Positions 50,542-64,000 of a DNA stretch of 64,000 bases are shown piece after piece (the first letter of the stretch is position 1; every line of letters starts with the position of its first letter). The position numbers were made by a program, and so were the translations under genes. The stretch covers positions 7,236,716 through 7,300,715 of the forward strand of contig MU058337.1 of the NCBI GenBank assembly GCA_013265495.1, written 5' to 3'. The stretch is from Vicugna vicugna (taxonomy: Eukaryota). The notes below the pieces were generated by a model that saw only the letters and a program-made list of their open reading frames with translations, was not told the DNA's origin and did not search any database.

Positions 50542-53299
50542 GTTCCATAGTTTGAAATCGTTTTTAATTGAAAAGCAGTTTTCCCAGTGGTTTACATGTT
50601 TCCTTTCCCTTGGATGAATTACTGTTTATGGGAAGCAAATGGTTTTTTGAGAGGAGGCCTTCTTGGCCCTCCTTCTATAATAAGCAAGTATTTTTGTGTA
50701 TCTGTGCATATAAAATGTGTTTTTTTTCCTTCATTTTAATTGGACTTTATCAGTAAGTAGCCCAAGAGAAGCTTGTATTGGAGCACTCCTGGTCAGAAAG
50801 AATTTTTCCTCTTTGTATTTACAAAGGAACGGTTATATATATATATTCTGTATTTCCAAAAGGAACAAAATCCTGAATGTCCCAGAAAATAATTGGAGTG
50901 AAAAGTCACTGAGATGATATTTTTAGTCTTTTAAAATGGTAAAAATCTCAATATTTTTATACATGGCCTGTTGCGTAGATTGTTTCTTAATATGTTAGCT
51001 GTAGCAATAAGATAAGGCTGTTTTTGAAATTCTGTGAAAATGACGCCTCTCATGTTCGTCCTTCTGTGTCGGAGCAGCGATGACCCCCTGTGTTTCTGTG
51101 CAGGGTGTGTGGTGGGAAGGCCTTTGATAACTGCAGAAGGGCTTCTGGGTGCTTATCTGCTGCAGGGCTGGAGCCCCATTTCCCACCCTGGCCACGTTGT
51201 CTGCACATACATGGTCTGTTCACATGGTGGGAATTGGGGGTTTGAAGATGGGTACGGAAATGGGAACCCCCTGCCTCACTGGAAAAACACCCTCACTCCA
51301 TCCCATGTTAAATTATTTTTAAAGTGAAAGCGTCTGTAATCCCACTACTGAACAGAGCTGTTTTCCACTTTTCTCATTTTCCAGTTGCTGACTCTGTACG
51401 TGTGTATCTTTAATAACAGCCCTCATGAGGAGGTGCACTTTGTATGTTGTTCTCCCCCCAGAAAGGGGTCATAAATACTGTCCCCCACTTTCACACGGTT
51501 TCCGTGTCTTGGTTTTACCGACATGGCTGACTCACCTCTTTAATGTAAGGCGTGCCCCATCCTTAGGACAGAGTTCTAGCCAGAAGTACATTCCTGTTTG
51601 GCTCTGCTTCTAGAAAGGATCACCTTGCTGCTTTCTTTTGCCTTTGGAGAAAGAAAAAATTAGTCATCCTCCCCCTTCCAAGATAGTGTTACTGGAAAGC
51701 ACTGTGATTGTTGTTACTTAACGAGTTTTTGTGGGTGATTGCTTCGCTTACGTTACCAAGTGAGACACTCACCCTGTGGTATTAACGTTCTCGTGCTGGG
51801 CTCCCGGCCCTTGAAAAGCTGTGTTCTAAACAGGGGCCCACGTGTGGGCTGGGGCCCCAGAGACCGTGTGTGTGCGTACACACGTGTGTGAGCGTGAGCC
51901 TTAACTCAGAACCAGAGAGCCACTCCTTTCCAGGCTGCCTCTCCGCTGTGGACGAGCAGGTGTAGGGCCCGGGGATGACGAGCCGTGGGAGTCCTGCCTG
52001 GCCCAGCTGTGTTCTTCTCGATTGTTCTTCATATGAATATTTTGTATGTGTGATGAATATTCTAATGTTTCCTGTGTTAAAAGAGCTTTTCTATCCTGTA
52101 TCTCTCTTGATTTAATGAAAAATAGAAGATGTGGAAATTAACCATCACAGGTGCAAATACTGACTTAAAATTACTGCTATGAATGAGCATTCCCCCCAAA
52201 ATAGGACCAGTTTGCTTTTTAACAGATATATATGTATATAGAGAAATATACACATATACATACACACGTATATATATTTAATGAATAGAGAAACTTCAGC
52301 AGGAATATAAGGCAATAATATGAAATTTTAGCATGACTGAATTTTGCTGGAACTTGTTTGCCTTTTTATTTAAATTAATTTTTTTTTTCTGTGTGCTTGA
52401 TTATCTTTAGTTACTTAACTCTTATGAGAGTGATCATGGAAAGGGAACCTTAAACTTGTTGGATAGAAGTACAGTTAAAGAAAAATTGTTATCAGACTTT
52501 GTAAAGATCTTTGCTATTTTAAACTGAAACTATGTAGTAATGTGGTCAATGTGGCCATTCATTTTACAGTATTTTATAAAACGGAAAAAGGATTTATTAA
52601 TATTTTGATTTGTAATTTATTTCCATGATTACCATTGTTACAGTTTGATACAAAAAGAAGCAGATTTTTTCATGTGTCAGAAATAAGTTTAAAATATGGG
52701 CAGATCCCTAGTGCATCTTGGATTTCATTTGTAAGTTTGTTGGTTAGAAGTCCAGCCTGGTTTCTTACAGAAATAAATTTATGAATGATAGTTAAGTTGT
52801 GAGGCTAGGCTAGAAAAGCCTAACTGAACTATAACTTACGAGGTAAGTTCCTGGTTCTGAAGGCAGGAAGCTAGTTGGTATAAGAGAACTGGAGAAGGGA
52901 GACTTGACTTTTCCAGGTGCAGGACTGGCCCTGCGCTGCAATTCTGAGTTCAGATGGGTCTCTTGTACTGTGCCGGGCCTCACCGTTACCTCCAGGACCC
53001 TTGTCCTCCATCCTTTAATGCCTTTCTGACACTGCAGCTCTGGGGTAATTCTCTCTTGCCTATATTCCCTTCAGTAGGTTTCAGAAGTTCTCAATGAAAA
53101 TTCTTACTCCTCGTTTTAAAATTGATTTTAGCTAGATGCTGGGAAGTAAAGCATTTATATTAGTTAATCTTAAATAGCAATCTTAATTATGGGAAGAGAG
53201 AATGTGTTGATCTAAATAGATATCCAATAGGTAGAATATCAGGCGGTGAAAAATTGAGGGTGTGATAAAGGAATGATGTTTGGGGGTTGAAGAGGGATC

Positions 53300-54200
53300 T
53301 GCCGTGCATCAGACACTGTGCTGTCATTAGGATTAGGAAGATAAATGATAACCTTGTCTTCCGGCAGCTTACAGTCTAATAGCAGAGACGTGTGTAAACG
53401 TACAGTTCACTGGGATCAGTGCAGTTGTAGAAGCATAAGGCACAGAAGTAGCACAAGGAGGAAGTACTTCAATATCGAGAGATGGCAGTTTGAAGATCAA
53501 TAAAGGAAATGATGCCTGAGCTCTTTTTTTTTTTAAAGACAGAAGGAATCCAGACAGAATAGTGTTCAAAAGCATAAGAGTTTTTCTGTTTTTAAATAGC
53601 ACTGAGTTTTTGGAGAAGTGCAAGGAATTCAATATTGTAGGACTTAAAAGAAAAATGGGAACAAGAGAGTTGACGTTGAGGAGGTGATTGGGGACCAGCT
53701 CATGAAGGACCATCAGCCTGTTAGGTGATGCGAAATTCCCGGGAATGTTTGAATGAGACCAATTTTGTTTGGGTTGAAGAGGGTGGAGGCAGGTCCCTCA
53801 GCCTGGGGCCTGGAGGGAGGCATCAGTGGCTGTGGGGGGAGGAGGGGGAGGGATTCAAGAGGAAGTGGGGGGGTGGACACAGAAGGGGCCGGGTTGGTGA
53901 TGGTGCTGGTGGAGAAGGGAGGAGTCCTAGAGTGGCCTCTAGGGTTCTGGCTTGGGTGTGTGAGTGCATGAATCATGGGGCCATGATGAGGAAGAACCTA
54001 CATAGATAAGAAGTTCTGTTTCAGACACTGGAATGTAGGTGGAGGAAGTGAATAGGTGGTGACATGCTCTGGCCTGGAGCTGGGAGAAGAGTCCAGGTTA
54101 GGGACTGAGGCTGGTGATTTATTAACTAGGTCATTGGTGTTGGTTAGCAATAGGAGGGTGGGTGTGAGCCCCGTGAGGAGGGTGACTGGCAAGGGAGGAG
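53300..54200 (-). mobile_element. Degraded L2 LINE
   Basis: 'agacactgtgct..cagcttacagtctaat..gttctgtttcagacactg..ctggagctgggagaagagtccagg'. Confidence 0.55.
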
Positions 54201-55137
54201 TTTCAGATCTCCCAGGCACCTAGGTGCTCTGCCTGGTCTTACCTGTTTTCACCTGAGTTCTTCTGCTCTGAACTCTGCTGTCAGTGTCAGGGCTGTCATG
54301 GTGTCCGTGATTTCCACCCCGGCCCCCGGGGATGGGTGGGGAGGGAGGGCTGCTGCGTGGCTGATCTGTTACCAGTGGGAGAAGTTCATGAGCTGATTGT
54401 AAGTCAGTAGCAGCTTGTAGTTTCTTAGGTGACAGGAGTTTTACTAGAGGAATCATATGCTGGAGTTCCAAATACCTAGTATATACTTAATTTTGACCCT
54501 GAAACTCTTTAATGTGTGGTTTAATAGATGTCACTTGTGGAGTGGATCAGAAAGTAACTTTCCAATGAATGGCAGAATTTATTAACAGGGATGTTCTTCA
54601 AACATCTTAGTCTTTGGTTATACCTGCAAAAACAGTTGTAGAAGCATCTAGGCTGACTAATCCAAGCACGCCCCATCGGCTTTCCCCCGATGGGTGAGGT
54701 TCCTGTGGTGCTTCTCCCCCAGCCTGGTGCACCCTGCAGGGTTATCAGGGAAAAGGGAAGCCGTCTTAGGGGTGGGCTGTTATGGGATTGTGTTATTAAA
54801 ATAATTAAAAAAAATATATGTACAGCTTAAGCATCTTAAATGCCACTTTTTAATGAGAGGGAACTTTGGAGTTTGATCTAGTTGATTTAGTTTAAGTTTA
54901 AGCTCTGAGAGGCATGATGTTTTAGAATAATGTGGGGGTCTGGAGATGACAGTTTATAAAACTTGGCAGGTTAAGTCAGCATTCCTGTTTTATTACTATT
55001 TTAGCCAGAGGTAATTTTAATAGTTAAAGTGAAATGGCCCATTAAAAATGCTCTTCTATAAAGAGCATTGGGCATTATGTGTTTTGGGAAGTATGGCTCT
55101 TTGGGGGAGTGGGCAAATGGAACAATGAAGATACTCA

Positions 55138-55400
55138 TTTTTTAAAATAGACTTTATTTTTAGAGCAGTTTAGGGTCACAACAAAATTGAGCAGAAGGTG
55201 CAGACTCTGCTCCCAGCCACTCTGCTCCGTGTCACTGTCGACATGCCGCACCGGATTATGTGTGTTGTTAGGAACTTCTGTTGACACATCACTGTCACCC
55301 ACAGTTCATGTGAGTGTTGTGCATTCTGTGGGTTTGGTCAAGTGTTTGTGTGTCCACCCTTCGAGTATCATACAGAATAGTTTTACTGTCCTCAAAATCA
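55138..55400 (-). mobile_element. L1MA/MB-like 3' end
   Basis: 'aatagactttatttttagagcagtttagggtcacaacaaaattgagcagaagg..gtatcatacagaatagttttactg'. Confidence 0.8.
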
Positions 55401-58400
55401 AGGAGGGTGTTTTTAAAACATGTCATTTTGATTCTACTGAAATATTTTTCTATACATACTCTATTTTTTCCTCATTAGCTTCTTCAGTTTCTGATTTGAC
55501 CAAAAGTGGTTTCTCTCGGTGTGGTGGAGCCTGGGTAGCCCGTGTCTCTGTGACCCTGAACACTGTGTGTACTTGGGGTTCAAGGCTCATGTATCCAAAA
55601 TGACATCTCTGGAAGCACGTGGCTCTTGTCAGCCTCCCAGGAACCTGACAAGTCCAGTTCTGCACACTTTTGCTTCTCTGCTTCTCCAGTTATTTTGAGA
55701 ATAAGTTAAAAGTCTGAGTCCACACTGAGGATGGAGGCATCTCCTTCTCTAAGTACATCTCCCTTTTGTATTTTGACTCCCTAAACATTTCCCTTATCCT
55801 GTCCTTTCCCAGCTGGGTCAGGTGGAAAGAGCTCTCCCCCAGGGATGGACCGGGCTCTGTCTCAGCCTCTGCAAGGGGTTAGCCTCCAGCCCTGTCCTCG
55901 CTCTTGGAGCTCCTGCGGTCCCTGCGAGGCTGCCCTCACCTTGTGGGCCTGCCCGCTGGCGGCTCTCATGTTCCTGGTCTCAGTTTGGTCCTTGGGATCT
56001 CAGTCCCTTCTCATAACTCCAGTTCCTGTGGGAGATGGTTGGGGACTGTAAGAAGGGAAAAATATCACATGGTGCCCCCGACCCCCAGCTCATGTAGATT
56101 CCTTAAAAAAAAATTTGAGCTATTATAAATTTTAATTTATTTAAGATATTGTAGAAGTAGTATAACTAGTTGAAAAAAAAAAACACCAAACAATGCAGAA
56201 TTGTATGATTTTATTCCCCAGGGTTAACTAATGTTGAAAGCAAGGATTCTGTGGTTGCCTTAATTGCAAAGGATTGTTTGCTGTCTTACATTTAGAGCTG
56301 AAGGGGAGGCTGGGAATTCCATCTGATGTTTTTTCTTCCCTGTTGAGCAGTTCCATCAGAAATGTCACTAACCTCTAACCAAGACCCCTTAAGCAGTCCA
56401 ATTTCTACCAGCGCTTAAGTGCTTTTCATACTCCTGGTAGACATGATGCTCGTTCTTCAGCCAACAGAGATTTATTGGATGTCTGCTATGTTTAATGCAC
56501 TGTACTAGAGGCTGTGGAAGTGGGCGAGCTACGCCCACTGCCCTTCCTTAATGCTCATAGCCCAGCATCTGGCCGACTCCCAACAAGCGCTGGGAGTACA
56601 GGGTGACATTAACCCAAGTGGGCAAAAGGAAGGAAGCCCTCCTGGAGGAGGTAGCGTTTGGGCATGGATTTGAGTAGTTCTTTAAGGTGTTCTAGTGGGT
56701 AAAGGGCATTCCAGACAGATGGGGTCTGTTCATAGGATGGGCTACAGTTTGGGTGACTGGTGTAGATGAGCAAGTTATGGTTTTTCCTTCCCTCCTCCTA
56801 CCTGAGGTAGCGGGAGAGAGCGAGTGTGGGGAAGCTCTTAGTTTGGAGTAGGAGAAAGTACTAACAAAGGAAGGGAAGTTGGTGGGCGTTTCAGGCCAGG
56901 TGGTGTCTCTTTAATGGATTGGAGTCCAGATCAACCCTGAAGAGGCTTTGCTGGCTGCTTAGCTTGTTTTTGACTTACTTGAGGGACAGATAACAAGGAG
57001 AGATTGGAAGCGTGGACGGGCTTGATATCTTTATAGGCTGGTCGCAGTGTTCTGTGTATTTTTTTTTTTTTAAATAGAACTTAACCTTCATTCCCGATTC
57101 AGAAGAGAGAGAGTTTTCGGTTTTTTCCTTCTTTTAAGTTGGGCTGAATTCCCTTGAAGCAGAGTGGGCCCGTGTAGATGGTTTCATTTTCTATTGCATA
57201 CTTAGAGCTGGGCCTCTGGATAGAAGCAGTAGAGTTTATAGAAAAATGACATGCAGATCAGTGATTCTGCCTTAGAGCCAAGAGCTCTGGGGCATCTCTC
57301 ATCCGGGGAGAGGATGGCCGTGGCCATGCACGCTCATGGGAGGCCAGGGTGTTAGGACGCACAGTTTTACTTGGGTGATGGTTATTGGTGGTTTGTCTTT
57401 AGAGAAGACAAAACTGTAGGGAGGAGGCTGCCCCTATTTAAAGAAAAGGCGGGGTGGGGGGCGGGCAGAAGAATCAAGCTTTCACCCTCTGAAGAATTCT
57501 CTCAGTTGGTAACTACGAACAGTGATGTTTGCTGAGTTAGGATGAAAGTCCCTCTGCGGAGGGTTGCTTTTGGCTGTCATGGGGGTACCTGCAGCTTTAC
57601 AGTTCTAGCCACTATAAATAAGTATATTAATGAGTTGAATGAGTGAGTGGGATTCCTGTAGAAAAGTCAGGGTTAGTAAATTAAAGAGCTGTGAGATGTG
57701 ACAACCTGCTCTGTGAACTTACACGGAGCAGAGGCAGGCAGGGAAGAGGTGGGTTGCGTTGGGCTAATGGAGGCAGTTGTTAAGCTCAGGTGATGGTGAG
57801 CAGACTGAATTTCAAATGGTTGGAGCAAAAAATTCTTTTAACTGAAACTTTTGTGTTTCCCAGCATGTGTTACCTACAGTCTCAGGATGGAGTTACAGGG
57901 AAGCTGTATTAGCAACAGCCCGATTGCAGAGGCCCCTGCATTGGGGCCACTGTGGGCCTAGCCCGGGGTCACGAATGGGGGCTGGTCTGTTATTACCTGG
58001 GTTTGCCTGAGAGATAGGGATGCGCATTGAAGGTCATACAGTAGATGAAGCAGTTTGTTCATTTTTCATAGGGAAAGATGTGGTATAAGGAAGAACAGTG
58101 ATGTGTGTGTGATCAGGTGTATGACTTGAGGATAAACCCTCGAGATGGGTCAGCGCCCTGACCCTTGTGTGATCTCTCTGCATATCCAGCCATTAGTTGA
58201 AATTTACCGTGTGCTGGTTGTCGGCATTTCAAGTACCGTTGCATGTAATTTGACTCCAAAGAATGCAGCTAAGGCTTCAGGTCAAAGTGCAATGGGAACA
58301 TGGGATCATTTGTTATGTGCTAGTTTAAAAAAGTTAATTTTCATGTTTTATTCTCAGGAAAACTACAGTATGTATGCATTTCTGTCTTTTACAGATGAGT

Positions 58401-61400
58401 AAACTAAGTCCTAGAGACACAAATAACTAGTAGGAGGAGGAGGTGGATTTGAACTCTGTCCTCGGGCCCATGTTCATTTCTTCCCACCGAGTCTTTTCTC
58501 CAGTGGATTTGCATGCTGGAGTGGAGGGTTAGGGTTTCAGTTGAGTTCTCAAGGGAGAGGGGAGGGACTGGTGGCCCAGCTCCATAAATGGCACCACCTC
58601 CCTGAGGATTCAGCAGCAGGCTGTTCAGCACGGACAAGAACTGCAGCTGGGGACTGATTTGGCGGAGTAGCTGGTTGCACAGGTGATTGAGACACTGACA
58701 TCTAGGAAAGGTTACTTGCATGTGTAATGCTTTTTCTTTCAGTTTGTTCAGTTGGTCAGAAAGAGTTGATAATAAGGCCAAGGTTATTGCGTTGGCCAAA
58801 TAAAACTGGGAGCCTTTAGTGCTTTGCAGCTAAAGGCTGTACCTCCTAACCTTCCTTCCCCACCTCATGGCATACATACCTTTCGAGAATCAGTAGACAG
58901 GAAGTGTCTTGGTCCAAGTACTGGGAGAACAACTCACAGCCAGCAGCCTGGTGATGTTTTTTATCTGCATCATTTGCTTAATTTTTTTTTAATATAAACA
59001 TGTTGTTCCTTAAAACAGGTATGGGAAGAAGGGGAACTCTGAGGTGTGAGAGGGCCTCAGAGATTGAGAGATGCATAACTCTTAAAGGGTTCACGTGGCA
59101 AACATGAAGAGTATATGTGTTAGTTATTAGTTGAGAGGATCTACCTTCTTGGCTCTTTTGAGCTTGTTACTTGATTCTCGATACCTTTTTGAAATGAGGA
59201 ACGGGACTTAATTTTCCAGGTTGGAGGCTGTGCCACCTGCACTTGTGGGACTGGAGATAAGACATGTTGTGGGTGATGACTTGGACGGTGCGCAGCCAGC
59301 ACGCTTGTCTTTGGGTTGGTTGAAAGGGGGACCAGAAGAAGGACAGCGGGCAGCCTGGGGGTGGGGAGGCCTCTGCTGCGTCCGGTAAGTGCTTGAGCTG
59401 GCGGGTGCAGGGAAGCCAGCCTCTGTTCACTGTATTCTCGGCAGACTCGGTCACTTTATGGCAGTGTCATCCTAAGCTTCATAACATCACCTAAGCTTCC
59501 TAACAGGTCTGATCATTTCATCCTTAAAAAGAACCCCGCAGATACAAAAAGGCTTTTAAAATGAATGACTCAAATGTTATTTGATTTTTGTGGCATTGTT
59601 GGATAGAAGTTAAGTAGGTCTTTGACAGTAAGGGAGCGGCTTTTCATTTAGGGGCCCTGCCACTGAGGCCTGCCTGGACTAGTGGGGACACACCTGGTGG
59701 GAGAACACAGTCTTCAGGGAGAAGGTGATGGGTGACACATGCAGGCTCGGAAGGGGTCTCACGCAGGGTCTGTTGTGGGAGGTGAGTCCTACTCATCGGC
59801 TGGACCCCTGCACCCCCGGCCCCGGCTTCCATGATCATCCTGTGTCACATCTGATTCTTTGCCTGAAAGTGAGAACCACATGTAGTTGCATGTGCTGTCT
59901 TTTAATGGAATGGTTTCATATAATGTAAGTTATTTCTGTTCTCTTACTCTTCAGTGAACTAGAAAGAGTAAGATTTTAAGAGAAATGTTGAATTACCTCC
60001 ATCTCGTAAGAAATTCCCAAGGGCTCCCAATTTCTTTAAACTTTCATGTCTCCTGTTTAAGCTTCAGAAAGAAAAATTAAATGGGTTTAAAAATAAATGC
60101 AAATATAGCAGGAATTAATGTTTTCTTGAGATTTTCAGATGATTTATCTTTTTTATTTTTATTTTGTTTATTGGTTCTCCTTATGGAAGAATAGTTTAAA
60201 AGTAATGCAGTAATTACAGTGTTCGGTATAATATAATTCAGGATGTTAAATCTAATACAGAAGGACATTTGCTGCTTTTAGCTTCTTTATTAGTCTCCAG
60301 ATTGGTTTAGGGTAATGGATTGGAGATGTCTGACAGCTGATCTTTTGTAGCCAGGATGGTTTGATCGAAGAATTCTGGACTGTAAACTTAAAATCTTCTT
60401 CCTGAACTTAGGCCTGGCCTCTTTTGATCTTTTAGTGTCTGTATGTGTTTGTGTTCATTAAAAATGGAAATACTATAAGCTCTGCCTTTCTTGGTAAATT
60501 TGCAAAATAAGCTCATTTTAAACAACTGGGATGATGTAGAAAAACAGATCCAAAAAAACATGGACAACCACTGTTAGTTAATATTTCAGTGTACATCCTT
60601 CCAGAGTGTTCCTCTGTGAGAGTGTATTACCTGCCTCCCCTCCACACACAACAAGAAGGGGACCGTTCTGTCTGTGCTGCTGTGTAATGTGCTTTTTCCT
60701 TATTAAACATTGAGAAGCTTTTCCATGTCAGTAAATCAACATTATTTTGAGTGGCTGCTTGGTATTTCATTGTATGGCCGCGGGGTAATTCCTGTAATTA
60801 ATTGATGTCTGCTTAGGTAATTTGCAGCTTTAAAGAGGAATTATGGAAATCTCCAGTGAAATGTATGAATCTTTCCAGTCATCCAATTATTTCCTTAGGA
60901 TAAACTGGAAGAAGTGCGGTTTTTTTTTTTGCTATTTCCTTATATCCATTTCCAGGAGTAGTGATATATGTACATACATATGGAGTCATCTTTGCTTCCA
61001 TATTAAGCATCTTCTGTGTTCACTTTTATCTTTTTAGTTTTTCCACTTTTAGGTGGGTTTTTTTTGTTGTTGTTTTGTCATTGTTTTCAGTGGTGTCTTG
61101 TCTACTTTTGCCATTAACGTGATATTTATTGTGATGATTTTTATTTATCTCCAACTGTTGAGCCTTTTATGAGATTTTTTAAAAAAGAGAGTCCCAGTTT
61201 TCTTTAATTTCTTCGAGTCAAAAAAAGTATTTGCCTAGAACGCCTCCCCTCTTGGACAGAGTGCCCCTGACATACCATTTTCCTTCTGCCTTTTGCTTGT
61301 ATTTTTTTTCTCTGTCCTTTTCCTTTTAGAGGTGTCTGCATGCGTGTGCAGGGCTTCTTCTGGCTTCCAGGTGTCTCTGGAGGGCGGCTCCTCTGTCCTG

Positions 61401-64000
61401 CCATCCGTCCGCAGCACCAGTGCAGAGACGCGGGAGCACCGTCGACCTCGGTTGCCTCTGCCCTGCACCCCTGCCGGACGCTGTCTTCTGCTCCGCTCAC
61501 CCTTCCTTCGGGTGACTTGGCGACCGTGTCCTAGTTTGATTGCAGTTGGACTTTTCTTCTAATCTCGTGTTAACTTCTGTGTGGGTCAGAGGAGAGGAGG
61601 GTAAGCCTGCCTTTCGTTTGCCTTCTGCTGAGATGTCCTCCTCGTTATCTTTAAACCTGGGCTCCATCGGCGCGACCGGCTGCTTCTGATGGGAGCCAGG
61701 ACGCCCACACGTGCTGTTCCCATTAAGCATGGGACCAAGAACAACCCAGAAGTGAAAAGAAGCTTCATCTGTGTGATACGTGGTGTATGGGGAGTAGAGC
61801 TGCACGGATGACTTCACTAATGTCCAGCAGCGAACTGTTTTGATGGAAATTCTTTAAAGATTTGCATCTTTAAAGCCTATTAGTTTAAAACTTCCTTCAA
61901 CAGTGTTTACTGATCAGTTTCCCTTAGTGGGAGACTGTCATTGTCAGGCTGTGATAGCAGGTGTCCCGCGCTCTCGGGTCCTCTGACCACCCCCCTCCCC
62001 ACCCTGCCCCTGCTCTGGTTGTGGTTCTGAGCCGGCCTGACCCCACCTGCGGCAGCAAATGTGACATCAGCCACACACGGGTGCCTTCTCGAAGGGGCTG
62101 CGAAGAGGTTGCCTCCCTGATTCCGTTTGGAAGCTTGGAGAGCCCACTGAAAAGATGGTAACTTTAAGAAGAACCAGTGGGGCAGGGCCTGGAGTCCTTT
62201 TGTGTCGGGAGCAAGTCTGTTTTTGGGTGCACGTCTTTATTATTTCAACCTGGATCTTCAGACTTGTCCTGGTGGGGGAAGTAATTCCCCTTTCACGGCG
62301 GGGAGGGGTCCTGAGTCATTTGGGATGCAGTGATGTCCTGGGCAGGGAGGGGTCTGCTGCCACAGTGTGGGCACAGGTAGCTGTCCCCCTTCCTGTCTGC
62401 ACGTCCTCTCCCACAGTGGCCAGAAACCCTCTGGGGCCCTGCCACCCTCACTCAGTCTGCTGTGGATCAGGAGCCCAGGTATTTGGCTAGGCTGAGAGTG
62501 TGATGACTGTGGACCAGAATGTTCCATGGGAGCGCTGAGGACCCTGTGAGGAGCATCGCCTGGGAATTCAGACCTCAGAGTTAGTGACAGCTAATTTTGT
62601 GCTTAGAGGTCTTTTTTTGCTTCATGCTTCTGGAGGGTTGAGGTTTCTAAACTCTGTCCTCTGAATCAAAGCCGAGTCACTCTACTTTGGCTGGGGGTGT
62701 GAGCCGCACTTAAATATACGATACTTGAGGGTGCATTCCAGCCAGGGCGGGTTTGTTGCATTTTTCATTTTATTTGTTATTCAAGGGTTTAGGTCTCTTT
62801 TCGGGGAGACAGCAGCTCTGGGGGTCCCTGTGGGGCGGAGTTCTCAGGGAAAGGGTAAGCTTTGGAGAGCTGCACTGGCCGTCCTTCTTCCTCAGCTGGA
62901 GAGCAGTGTTGGACCAGTTCCCCCTCCTTGCCCTATGCTGGCTTCCATTAGTGACTTTCCCCTGCACCTGGCTGCAAGGTCTGAGATTTTGTTCTCTCTG
63001 GGAATCTCCACAGCAACCCCATTCTTGTCAGGCTTGCGTGTTAGGAGTTTGAGTTTGTAAATGGTGGGGTCTGGACTTAAACTGAGTTACTGCAGCCGTA
63101 CACAGTAGTGTTAATACTTGGATGTGTGGATGGAGAAACACAGTAAAGGACAAAGACTCAGGAAGCACACTCCCGTGTCCACTTTCCCGGGGGCCTGCTT
63201 TGCTTCCCCTCAGCGTCACTGTTTCCCCTCCATGAGGAAGACTTGATACAGAAAGGTGCAGTGGAAACTGGGCGCCAGGAAGCCTGAGTATTTACAGATC
63301 TCAGCCATGTGATGTTCACTGTGTGTTTCTTCAGCCGAAGTAAATGGGCTTTCTCTCTTGTACGCTGTTTCTTGTCTCTAAGAGATCAGCTATATGATGA
63401 TTTTCCGAAAAGCACGGAGTGGTAGATGGGTGTGAGGAATTCCATGGTGCTCTTTAAATTGAACTGGAATCTGTTAGGGCTGGTTCGGTTTTAGTTATCA
63501 GTAACATGCAGGGCTGGGAGGAAGTTGGAACCAACCTCCAGGTAGAGTGATTTTTTTTTTTTTTGACTGTGCAAAGGATGAGTATATTGTTTTTGTCAGT
63601 CTTTTTGCCCATTACATGACAGACAAGAAAGACAGCTGGAATAGTCCATACTCAGCTGTATTACTTAGGTTTTTTGCACACCTTCTAACCGTTTGCTTAA
63701 TTAAGTCCCCGTTGACAGCACTTAGAGTGACCAACAGAGCAGTCAACACCGGGGCTGGTGGACTGTGGTGCTGAGAGAAGGGAACTCATGAGAGCTGAGT
63801 ACCACGTCCAGAAGGTGAAGCAGTCTTGTGAAGATCTCAGTCTTCAAGCTGGGAAAAGAAATAAGTTATAAATGGCTGATGACTAAAGGAAATTAAATCA
63901 CTGAACCATCCCCTCTTCAAAGATCCGGAAACCACAACACAAAGGTTATTGCCGGAGGTCATCCAGCAAGAATGTGGCCCTGCCAGGCTTTGAACTGCAC

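Larger units (their letters stand above)
39002..64000 (+). other. STK24: STK24 intron 1 (continues beyond the window)
   Basis: Starts with the GT donor. No ORF matching exon 2 (NLKADPEELFTKLEKIGKGSFGEV...) or other kinase motifs appears downstream in the ORF track. Confidence 0.8.

Noticed and set aside
39002..64000. Brain-specific alternative first exon (MST3b) and exon 2 of STK24
   Set aside because: No matching peptide was seen in the ORF track or by reading. They probably lie downstream of the window, though a short exon could have been missed without an alignment.

Overview
Mammalian genomic DNA, very probably a camelid (alpaca/camel), judged from four copies of a tRNA-derived Vic-1-like SINE and artiodactyl-type L1 3' ends. 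The only protein-coding sequence I can support is the first coding exon of STK24 (MST3 kinase) on the + strand: ATG at 38960, MAHSPVQSGLPGMQ, splice donor after 39001, inside a CpG island at about 37.9-39.6 kb. Positions 1 to about 37.9 kb are repeat-rich upstream intergenic DNA (MIR, L2, L1, MER DNA transposons, MaLR/ERV LTRs). Positions 39002-64000 are intron 1, and exon 2 was not found in the window. Nearly all ORFs in the supplied track look like chance or GC-rich artefacts. I found no new multi-gene system. The most unusual object is a 175-nt polyadenylated insert with an internal direct repeat and a perfect 16-bp target-site duplication (26592-26766). It looks like an LTR R-region transcript retroposed by L1, possibly a member of a non-tRNA SINE-like family. 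Other leads are regulatory: a uORF, a triplet repeat and an open upstream frame in the STK24 leader, and a 21-bp AP-1/NFI tandem array. Repeat family names come from recalled consensus sequences, not from a search, and repeat boundaries are approximate unless TSDs are given.
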